A stretch of DNA of 64,000 nucleotides from NCBI GenBank assembly GCA_041651395.1, contig JBAZJI010000001.1, positions 827,920 through 891,919 on the forward strand, given 5' to 3'. The number at the start of each line of letters is the position of its first letter. Position 1 is the first letter of the stretch. Source of the DNA: Minisyncoccota bacterium (lineage in GTDB: Bacteria; Patescibacteriota; Minisyncoccia; Minisyncoccales; JAGOPM01). The notes under the pieces are model-generated. The model did no database searches. It was not told the origin of the DNA and was given only the letters and a program-made list of their open reading frames with translations. The position numbers and the translations under genes are program-made. Below are positions 56,420 through 62,428 of this stretch, piece after piece.

Positions 56420-56680
56420 ATGACTACATTAACGGTAGTTAATATAAAATGCGGGGGATGCGAAAAAAGCATCACCTCGGCCGTAGAAAAACTTGGCGGC
56501 AAAAATATTGCAGTTGATGTCGCCAAACAGCAGATATCTTTTGAAGGAGGGGATATTGGCAAAATAAAAAAAGAGTTGGCTAAAATGGGCTACCCGGAGG
56601 CCAATAGCCCTGAAGCCAAAAGTCTTCTCAAAAAAGCCACCTCTTATGCCTCCTGCATGGTGGGAAGGTTGAAAAAATGA
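56420..56680 (+). CDS. heavy-metal-associated (HMA) domain protein, CopZ-like
   Basis: 86 aa from ATG 56420: MTTLTVVNIKCGGCEKSITSAVEKLGG.., with a CxxC metal site in a ferredoxin-like HMA layout. The track ORF (from 56279) runs through the tRNA. There is no SD, and the start is 14 nt after the tRNA. Confidence 0.85.
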   Translation: MTTLTVVNIKCGGCEKSITSAVEKLGGKNIAVDVAKQQISFEGGDIGKIKKELAKMGYPEANSPEAKSLLKKATSYASCMVGRLKK

Positions 56681-56689
56681 ACAAATAAA

Positions 56690-56716
56690 ACAGGCCTTAA
56701 GTAGGGCCTGTTTTAT
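56690..56716 (+). terminator. intrinsic terminator
   Basis: acaggcc-ttaagtag-ggcctgt followed by TTT. Confidence 0.75.
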
Positions 56717-56752
56717 TTGCTTTGGAATAAATTATTGTTATCATACTTTACA

Positions 56753-56809
56753 CTCCCGTAGTTGAATGGATACAACGAGGCCTGGCAAGCTGCAAGTGCA
56801 GGTTCGATT
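56753..56809 (+). pseudogene. 5' three-quarters copy of tRNA-Arg(CCG), ending at the T-loop, with an altered anticodon arm
   Basis: 56753-76 equals 56920-43 (24/24). 56789-809 equals 56957-77 (21/21). The 12-13 nt between them differ by 4 substitutions plus a 1-nt deletion (loop CTGGCAA versus CTCCGAA). No matching 3' acceptor strand is present. Confidence 0.8.
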
Positions 56810-56895
56810 ATTAGAAATACAAAATAAGCACAGCGAATTTTAATATTTCTCGTATGCCGGGTAATCCCGGCGCCTGCTGGAAACAGGAAGAGAAC
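56810..56895 (+). repeat. T-loop insert element, copy C (63-nt two-hairpin insert plus CCTGC plus aggaagagaac motif)
   Basis: It starts directly after TTCGATT. Hairpin 1 is agaaata(56813-19)/tatttct(56844-50). tatGCCGGG-taat-CCCGGC lies at 56853-71. CCTGC (56873-77) is complementary to the T-stem GCAGG. It is homologous to copies A and B at 61.75 kb. Confidence 0.75.
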
Positions 56896-56918
56896 ATGAC
56901 AACCAAATAGGTAAATAT

Positions 56919-56990
56919 GCTCCCGTAGTTGAATGGATACAACAGTGGCCTCCGAAGCTGCAAGTGCAGGTTCGATTCCTGCCGGGAGCA
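56919..56990 (+). tRNA. tRNA-Arg (anticodon CCG)
   Basis: Acceptor GCTCCCG/CGGGAGC, D-arm GTTG-AATGGATA-CAAC, anticodon arm GTGGC-CTCCGAA-GCTGC, T-arm GCAGG-TTCGATT-CCTGC. No CCA is encoded. Confidence 0.92.
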
Positions 56991-56996
56991 CAAACG

Positions 56997-57015
56997 ACCG
57001 GCAATTGCCGGTTTT
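56997..57015 (+). terminator. intrinsic terminator
   Basis: accggca-at-tgccggt followed by TTT. Confidence 0.7.
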
Positions 57016-57022
57016 GTCTTCC

Positions 57023-57051
57023 TTGACGCTTCACTCTTTTTATACAATAAT
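57023..57051 (+). promoter_or_regulatory. sigma70-like promoter
   Basis: TTGACG (57023-28), 17-nt spacer, AATAAT (57046-51). Confidence 0.4.
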
Positions 57052-57082
57052 GCCTCACTTAACAATTATATAAAGGAGGTTT

Positions 57083-57220
57083 ATGGCGGAGGATAAAACA
57101 GAAAGAACCTGTTACGTGAACAATGATTGCCAGAAATGCGAACAAAACAAATTTTGTTCTTGGGCCTTCCGGGAAGACTTAAACATAAAGAAACTTAGAC
57201 CTAAAAGGGATGATTCTTAG
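57083..57220 (+). CDS. 45-aa four-cysteine mini-protein; not in the ORF track
   Basis: AAGGAGG is 4 nt upstream. The product is MAEDKTERTCYVNNDCQKCEQNKFCSWAFREDLNIKKLRPKRDDS (C-x5-C-x2-C-x5-C). The stop lies 12 nt before the next gene. Confidence 0.6.
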   Translation: MAEDKTERTCYVNNDCQKCEQNKFCSWAFREDLNIKKLRPKRDDS

Positions 57221-57232
57221 AAAGGAGGAAAA

Positions 57233-57625
57233 ATGCCCTATATCACAAAAAGCGCCAGGGATAAGCTCGACCCTCATATCGAAGCTATTGCCCAAGCCAT
57301 CAGCGAGCAAACAAAAGAAACAAAAGACGAACTATCTCTGGCGGGCATGGTTAACTATGTCTGCACGCGCATCGCTCTTTTAAGCTTCCGAAAAGTACTG
57401 GGCAAATTCCGCTACAAATGGATAGCCCTATTCACGGGAATTCTTGAAAACATCAAACAAGAATTCCACGATAGGGTAGTTAAACCATACGAAGCGGAAG
57501 CCAACTGGAAGCATGGAGATCTGCCCGAGTTTATCCAAGCAGCAAAAGATCTAAACGAGGAAATAGAATTTTCCAGAAATTCCAAAGCCAAAACACGCCC
57601 CAGGCCCCCCAAAAATAGCCCCTAA
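57233..57625 (+). CDS. conserved hypothetical protein (family I recall from phage and bacterial genomes; PYE..GD motif)
   Basis: 130 aa. AAGGAGG is 5 nt upstream. It begins MPYITKSARDKLDP...GMVNYVCTRI...GILENIKQEFHDRVVKPYEAEANWKHGDL. The family memory is unverified. Confidence 0.8.
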   Translation: MPYITKSARDKLDPHIEAIAQAISEQTKETKDELSLAGMVNYVCTRIALLSFRKVLGKFRYKWIALFTGILENIKQEFHDRVVKPYEAEANWKHGDLPEFIQAAKDLNEEIEFSRNSKAKTRPRPPKNSP

Positions 57626-57637
57626 AAGGGCTTTTTT
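57617..57637 (+). terminator. intrinsic terminator
   Basis: agccc-ctaaaa-gggct followed by TTTTT. The stop codon lies in the loop. Confidence 0.65.
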
Positions 57638-57653
57638 CTTTAGTCGCCCCCCC

Positions 57654-57681
57654 TTGATTTATATTAGAATTTCAGTATAAT
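57654..57681 (+). promoter_or_regulatory. sigma70 promoter
   Basis: TTGATT (57654-59), 16-nt spacer, TATAAT (57676-81). Confidence 0.7.
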
Positions 57682-57747
57682 ATAACCAGATGTTTTATAG
57701 CAAAATACACTGATCGGCACACATAAAAATTACTCAAGGAGGTAAGT

Positions 57748-60700
57748 ATGAATAAGAACAAGATCGCCGCGGCTATCACTGGGATTCTTTGTTTGGCTCA
57801 AATGCTGCAATTTGCTCCGGTGCGAGCGCTTACAGTTTGCCCTAGCGGCAACTGCAGCATTTTGATCGAAGAAGTGTTGTTAAAAGTGGATGGGCAAGTC
57901 ATTTCTGATAATGACAAGTCCGCGATGATGACTAATGTTCCTTTTGAACGGGTTTTTCTCCCCGGGACGCAGATGGAGATATCCGTGAAAGCTTCCGGTC
58001 CGATTAATGATGTCGCTTATTGGTCCCTCTATTGGGGCACTAATGACACGCCATCGTTGATAAACAGCGACCGGACAATCTGCGCAAAATGCCCAGGAGA
58101 AAAATATGTTCCCGAAGGCGCACCGGTTTTTAATGTTAAATGGGCTGTCCCTAAGGATGCCAAAAAGTATTCCAAAATTTGGATTCAGTCCTTTGACCAA
58201 ACCGGGAAAACCATGGGCGGAGCTAATACTCGCCCGCTGGTGCACAGCCAAACAATCATCAAACCGAACTGCTATGTTTCAGAAATAAAAGATGTAACAG
58301 AGAGTAGCGCTACGGCCATTATTCACTTTGCAAGGCCGGGGAGTGTTTGGCCCTTAAACTCTTGGCTGGAGCTAAGAAGTGATTCGGGACAATATTTTCC
58401 CAACCACAGCCAACCGCTGGGAATGAAAACATTCCAAAATGCCCAAGGGCTTACTGAAAACCAAAATAAGCTTGCCGTTGTTTTGAAAGATCTTCTCCCT
58501 AATTCCAAATATTGGGTAAAAGCCATTGCGGCTAGTGAGGGAGGATATTGTGAGAGCAGGGAAGTAGAGCTAATAACTCTTTGCGCCTTGCCGCAGCTTA
58601 AAACTTTACGCTGCTCCAAAATCGATTGGAACCAAAACAGTTGGAATCAAACCGACAATTCAGCCTACTTAACTTGCGAGATAACATCCTTTGGCGGAGA
58701 TAACTATATGGAAGTTATGGTACAGGGGTTCAATATCAATGCACCCCGGGAACGCTTTGGCACAACTTGGCAGCGTCTTGAATGCAGCCAATTTGACCAA
58801 CTGCCAAGTGAATTTACATTGCAAGCCGGCAAAGGATTTACAGCGGAGGAAGTTTATGACTTCGAATTCTTAGCGCGCAACAGCCGTGGAGAGATTGCTA
58901 GTGGAGGACATAAATACTTTCCGCCACCCTTTCCCGGATACAAACCAGAAATTGTTACGGGCGGGGTTAAAAAAGTAACTCCAGACTCAGTCGAGTTGGT
59001 CATTAAAGTTGTCTCCATTTCTCATCCAACAAAAATTTGGCTGGAAATCACTGACCAAAAATTTGGAGATACTTGGGATAGAGGGAAGTATACTCCCGAC
59101 CCCAATGGCAAATCCATACTCAGCGATTCGCTGGAAGTGGACTTGCCCGGAGAATACACCATTACTGTCAAAAATCTGGAACACAATAGAGGCATGGAAA
59201 AACCACCCTCCTGGGTCAGAAAAGAATACCCTCATCTCAAATACACACCAGGCTATTTATTCAAAGCCCATGCCCTAGACTTAACCACTAACGAAACGGA
59301 CAAGGGCACTGACTGGTCAAGATTGGAAACTTATCGCACTCTCCAAAAACCCAAGGTCACCACCAAGCAACCCATAAACATCACTTACAAAAGTGCGGAT
59401 TTGGGGGCAATGGTTGATTTCTCAGGTTTTAGCAGTAAATGCGTAATCTTCTTCAAGTATTGGCAAAAAGGCAAAATAGCCCAAACCATTCAAGAAACAT
59501 TCCCCCGAATCCAAGTCGAAACTCGCTATGATTACGTAGATTTTGAGCTCATGGAAGCCACACGCTTTACGGTTGAAAATCTCGAGCCATACACTGTTTA
59601 CTGTTTCCAAGCCTATGTAATCAATGGCCTAACAAACAGCACGGGAGAGCAAATTGAAACGCCAGCGGCCAATATTCAAGAATTCCGGACCTTGTGGGGA
59701 GATAAAAATTCTATTTACGATACTCCCTTAATCCAGACAACCGGAGTTTCCCAAACTGGGCCAAACACCTTTTGCCTGCAAGGAAAGCTCTTAGACTTTG
59801 GCGGGTCAGATTGGGTCGAAGTCACGATTGAATTTTGGGGTTTAAGCACACACTTTGAAGGAGAACAATCCTTTATTTATGTAGGCCTATACCGCAAAGA
59901 AAATTGGCAAGACAGATACCCGACATTCGATGTTTATCGCAGTAATCTGGTCTTTGGCAAATCGTTCGTCTTCCGCTTCACCGCGCGCTCTAGCGCGGGT
60001 ACCACCAAGGGATTTTTAATCGATTCCTCCGGCCAAAAAGTTGAGGGGGGATTCTGGAAATTCCAAACCGACCCTCTGCCTGGAGATCAGGTTAAACCAG
60101 AAATATTTCTGAAAGGCATTAAAATTCTAATGCCCGACCAAACTGAAGAAAACCCCACGCCCCAAGCCATCATCACTATCAATGTCCAGAATATGGGCAC
60201 ACCACCACTTCCTTGGTTGGATCTCCAATACCTTTGGACTCGATATAGTGGTTCGGTAATCGCAGCTTGGCCTAATACTTGGCAATACAAATCAGAAAAG
60301 ATCCGAATAACTAAAGCTGGCGAATATTCCTTCCTAATAAATAAAGGTTTGGAATTTGGCCGAAGTTTCTTTATAAGCGTGAATGCGGAAAATGGAAGTA
60401 TGTTAACCTGGATGGTGCCAGAAAGTAAATTTTTCCCGCACTATTTCACCACTGACCACCTTCCGCCGCTTATCAAAGCCACTAACCCCACCTTCATCAA
60501 TAAACAAAACACCCTGGCTAATACTCAAGTAATACACCCGGGGACCAACGAATGGGGAACTTTCTTTAGTTGGTTTGAAGTCGTAACTTTCCGCGGATCT
60601 GTCGATGCAATAAATAAAGAAATTACGGTCTTGCCCGACACTCTAAACCCTAACAACCAATTGCTCACCCGCACACTCTTTATGACCCCCAAAATATCCA

Positions 60701-60912
60701 GAAAAGGCACTAAGCCGTATTCCTTCAGTATCAATGCCGATCCAGGACTCTTAAATCTACCCGACGAACAATCCGGAAGTAAAATAATTTCCACTTACTA
60801 TGCTTACCGCGCATGGGCTCAAAACCAAGGCGGGCAATACCATACAAGCTGGATAGTGGTTACTGATGATACATTCCAAAGGATGGATAAGATGCCTTGG
60901 GAAAAACCCTAA
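57748..60912 (+). CDS. large secreted multi-Ig/FN3-like repeat protein
   Basis: 1054 aa. AAGGAGG is 6 nt upstream. The signal peptide is ..LQFAPVRA/LT. Beta-sandwich-type modules recur (..LTCEITSFGGDNYMEVMVQGF.., ..CLQGKLLDFGGSDWVEVTIEFWG.., ..GAMVDFSGFSSKCVIFFKYW..). There is no C-terminal anchor. Confidence 0.88.
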   Translation: MNKNKIAAAITGILCLAQMLQFAPVRALTVCPSGNCSILIEEVLLKVDGQVISDNDKSAMMTNVPFERVFLPGTQMEISVKASGPINDVAYWSLYWGTNDTPSLINSDRTICAKCPGEKYVPEGAPVFNVKWAVPKDAKKYSKIWIQSFDQTGKTMGGANTRPLVHSQTIIKPNCYVSEIKDVTESSATAIIHFARPGSVWPLNSWLELRSDSGQYFPNHSQPLGMKTFQNAQGLTENQNKLAVVLKDLLPNSKYWVKAIAASEGGYCESREVELITLCALPQLKTLRCSKIDWNQNSWNQTDNSAYLTCEITSFGGDNYMEVMVQGFNINAPRERFGTTWQRLECSQFDQLPSEFTLQAGKGFTAEEVYDFEFLARNSRGEIASGGHKYFPPPFPGYKPEIVTGGVKKVTPDSVELVIKVVSISHPTKIWLEITDQKFGDTWDRGKYTPDPNGKSILSDSLEVDLPGEYTITVKNLEHNRGMEKPPSWVRKEYPHLKYTPGYLFKAHALDLTTNETDKGTDWSRLETYRTLQKPKVTTKQPINITYKSADLGAMVDFSGFSSKCVIFFKYWQKGKIAQTIQETFPRIQVETRYDYVDFELMEATRFTVENLEPYTVYCFQAYVINGLTNSTGEQIETPAANIQEFRTLWGDKNSIYDTPLIQTTGVSQTGPNTFCLQGKLLDFGGSDWVEVTIEFWGLSTHFEGEQSFIYVGLYRKENWQDRYPTFDVYRSNLVFGKSFVFRFTARSSAGTTKGFLIDSSGQKVEGGFWKFQTDPLPGDQVKPEIFLKGIKILMPDQTEENPTPQAIITINVQNMGTPPLPWLDLQYLWTRYSGSVIAAWPNTWQYKSEKIRITKAGEYSFLINKGLEFGRSFFISVNAENGSMLTWMVPESKFFPHYFTTDHLPPLIKATNPTFINKQNTLANTQVIHPGTNEWGTFFSWFEVVTFRGSVDAINKEITVLPDTLNPNNQLLTRTLFMTPKISRKGTKPYSFSINADPGLLNLPDEQSGSKIISTYYAYRAWAQNQGGQYHTSWIVVTDDTFQRMDKMPWEKP

Positions 60913-60923
60913 ACCAAATAAAT

Positions 60924-60949
60924 GCGAAGACTTATGTCTTCGCTTTTTT
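60924..60949 (+). terminator. intrinsic terminator
   Basis: gcgaagac-ttat-gtcttcgc followed by TTTTTT. Confidence 0.85.
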
Positions 60950-60951
60950 AT

Positions 60952-60979
60952 TTGCAGGGCAGGGGACGCATGGTATAAT
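60952..60979 (+). promoter_or_regulatory. sigma70 promoter with extended -10 driving a probable leaderless mRNA
   Basis: TTGCAG (60952-57), 16-nt spacer ending in TGg, TATAAT (60974-79). The ATG at 60987 is only 7 nt downstream. Confidence 0.65.
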
Positions 60980-60986
60980 ATTTTTA

Positions 60987-61529
60987 ATGAAAAATAAATC
61001 TGCCTATTTTTTTACCGCGCTTTTAGCCACCTTCTTTTTATTTTCTATAGCCTATGGAGCTACGAGCACCCCCAAAGATTTGGATTTTGATTTGCCCAAA
61101 CCTTCCGCCCAGACACCGATAGCCTGCGAGGCTTGGAAAGGCGGCCTGCTGGAGGGTGTTTGCAAAGATCCCAGCAAATTAGAATTTTGCCACCTTTTTG
61201 TTTTGCTGGACAATATTATCAACTGGATAATGTTTGTGGCTATGCCCATAGCAGCCTTTCTCCTTTTGGTTTGGGGAGGGTTTAATTATATTATTTATCT
61301 GGAAAACCCCGCCAATGCCAAAAAATTCTGGGATACGGCCAAAGCTCTTTTGTGGGGCGCTATCGTAGTTTATGCCGCCTATGCCGTGGTTAATCTCTTC
61401 CTGATTATTGTCGGCGCCAAAATTTTCTCACCGGAAGCCGGATTGGGACAATGGTTCAAATTCCCTTGCGGAACCGGCGCGCCGCCGGCTAGCACTTCCA
61501 CCCCGCCAACCGGAGTTAGTGAATTCTAA
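60987..61529 (+). CDS. T4SS-pilin-like (TrbC/VirB2-type) membrane protein, tentative
   Basis: 180 aa from ATG 60987. It has a signal peptide ..FSIAYGA and two TM helices flanking GGFNYIIYLENPANAKKFWDTAK, a pattern I recall from CPR type IV secretion system pilin proteins. The C-terminus is Pro/Thr-rich. Confidence 0.7.
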   Translation: MKNKSAYFFTALLATFFLFSIAYGATSTPKDLDFDLPKPSAQTPIACEAWKGGLLEGVCKDPSKLEFCHLFVLLDNIINWIMFVAMPIAAFLLLVWGGFNYIIYLENPANAKKFWDTAKALLWGAIVVYAAYAVVNLFLIIVGAKIFSPEAGLGQWFKFPCGTGAPPASTSTPPTGVSEF

Positions 61530-61551
61530 ATTCTCCGATTAATAATGCATT

Positions 61552-61577
61552 AGCCAAAGTTTTCACTTTGGCTTTTT
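61552..61577 (+). terminator. intrinsic terminator
   Basis: agccaaagt-tttc-actttggct followed by TTTT. Confidence 0.8.
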
Positions 61578-61590
61578 GTTTAATAGTGCC

Positions 61591-61619
61591 TTGCCAAAAT
61601 ATCAAAAAAATGCTATTGT
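61591..61619 (+). promoter_or_regulatory. sigma70-like promoter for tRNA-Lys
   Basis: TTGCCA (61591-96), 17-nt spacer ending in TGc, TATTGT (61614-19). Confidence 0.5.
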
Positions 61620-61632
61620 CTTTTTTGTTCTA

Positions 61633-61703
61633 GCCTCCGTAGTTCAACGGTAGAACAGAGGACTCTTAATCCTTTAACGAGGGTTCGATTCCTTCCGGAG
61701 GCA
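61633..61703 (+). tRNA. tRNA-Lys (anticodon CTT)
   Basis: Acceptor GCCTCCG/CGGAGGC, D-arm GTTC-AACGGTA-GAAC, anticodon arm GAGGA-CTCTTAA-TCCTT, T-arm GAGGG-TTCGATT-CCTTC. No CCA is encoded. Confidence 0.92.
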
Positions 61704-61707
61704 CATA

Positions 61708-61746
61708 CAAAGTAAAAGACGCCACATGTTGGCGTCTTTTACTTTG
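61708..61746 (+). other. 17-bp perfect hairpin immediately 3' of tRNA-Lys
   Basis: caaagtaaaagacgcca-catgt-tggcgtcttttactttg. There is no U-tract after the stem, so its role (terminator or processing site) is unclear. Confidence 0.7.
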
Positions 61747-61749
61747 TGT

Positions 61750-61851
61750 CTCCGAAAGGAGAGAACGAAGTTCGATTTAATAGATTTTCTTGGCGAGCAA
61801 GGCGAACCTAAGAAAATCATGTATGCCGAGTAATCTCGGCCCTTCCGGAGG
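61750..61851 (+). repeat. T-loop insert element, copy A (tRNA-Lys-derived mini acceptor/T-arm plus 63-nt two-hairpin insert)
   Basis: ctccg..aggagagaac-gaag-TTCGATT(61771-77) is followed by a 63-nt insert. The insert contains gattttctt(61783-91)/aagaaaatc(61810-18) and tatGCCGAG-taat-CTCGGC (61822-40). It ends in CCTTC-CGGAGG, which equals the 3' end of tRNA-Lys. Confidence 0.75.
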
Positions 61852-61950
61852 AAAAAGGAGAGAACACAGTGTGATTTATTAGACTTTCAAGCGAACAACG
61901 TGAGCTTAGAAAATCTTATATGCCGCGTATCGCGGCGGCTACCGGAGAAG
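61852..61950 (+). repeat. T-loop insert element, copy B (more diverged)
   Basis: aaggagagaac-acag-TGTGATT is followed by a 62-nt insert. The insert contains agactttc/gaaaatct and tatGCCGCG-tat-CGCGGC (61919-36). It ends in ct-ac-CGGAGA. Confidence 0.7.
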
Positions 61951-61967
61951 GAAAATAATACCAGCCA

Positions 61968-61991
61968 GAAGGGCTTAAAGCCTTCGTTTTT
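61968..61991 (+). terminator. intrinsic terminator
   Basis: gaagggc-ttaaa-gccttc followed by gTTTTT. Confidence 0.7.
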
Positions 61992-62007
61992 GCTATCAAA
62001 AGCCCTC

Positions 62008-62036
62008 TTGCAAAAGATAGAAAAATCAGGTATAAT
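62008..62036 (+). promoter_or_regulatory. sigma70 promoter of rpsO
   Basis: TTGCAA (62008-13), 17-nt spacer, TATAAT (62031-36). This leaves a ~65-nt leader before ATG 62105. Confidence 0.72.
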
Positions 62037-62104
62037 TAAATACCTTCGAAACAGCTGGAATGGGGCCTGCTCGCCCTAGGAAAGCACAAGTTTTTATAGA
62101 AAAT

Positions 62105-62368
62105 ATGCTTAAAACAGAAAAGAAGCAAAAAATCATTAAAGGCGTTCAGACGCACGATACGGATACCGGCTCGCCCGAAGTCCAAATCGCTGTTCTTACC
62201 GAACAGATAGAAAAGCTTTTGCAGCACTTGGATTCACATAAAAAAGATTTCCACTCCAAGCGCGGTCTCCTGAAGATGGTTATGAAGCGCAAAAAACTTC
62301 TGAATTATCTTAAGAGCGAAAGCGTTGAACGGTTTGAAAAGATCTCCAAAAAGATCGGCCTTAAATAA
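62105..62368 (+). CDS. rpsO: 30S ribosomal protein S15
   Basis: 87 aa from ATG 62105: ..[50 protein letters not shown].. The length matches S15. The upstream ATG 62060 would add 15 non-conserved residues. Confidence 0.93.
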   Translation: MLKTEKKQKIIKGVQTHDTDTGSPEVQIAVLTEQIEKLLQHLDSHKKDFHSKRGLLKMVMKRKKLLNYLKSESVERFEKISKKIGLK

Positions 62369-62374
62369 AACCTT

Positions 62375-62406
62375 AAGCCCCGCTTAAACGCGGGGCTTGG
62401 ATTTTT
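62375..62406 (+). terminator. intrinsic terminator/attenuator after rpsO
   Basis: aagccccgc-ttaaac-gcggggctt followed by ggaTTTTT. Confidence 0.7.
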
Positions 62407-62428
62407 CAAAATGTTAACTTAAAAAATT

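Noticed and set aside
56713-57065. Three overlapping minus-strand ORFs (72-92 aa)
   Set aside because: They are antisense translations of the tRNA-Arg copy, the insert element and tRNA-Arg(CCG). The repeated IEPALAA peptides simply mirror the duplicated T-arm.
44029-61632. Island as prophage, ICE or integrative element at a tRNA
   Set aside because: No integrase, recombinase, transposase, capsid, terminase or relaxase genes are present. No direct repeat of a tRNA 3' end flanks the block. cca, a core gene, lies inside it. Foreign origin therefore remains only a hypothesis.
61750-61950. Checked whether the tandem units are a CRISPR array or a MITE
   Set aside because: There are only two adjacent units with no unique spacers between them. 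They are about 65 percent identical rather than near-perfect, and they have no terminal inverted repeats or target-site duplication. They are better explained as structured RNA or tRNA-derived elements.
62060-62104. Upstream ATG 62060 as the rpsO start
   Set aside because: It would add 15 residues ([15 protein letters not shown]) absent from S15 proteins. The conserved sequence and typical length begin at ATG 62105.
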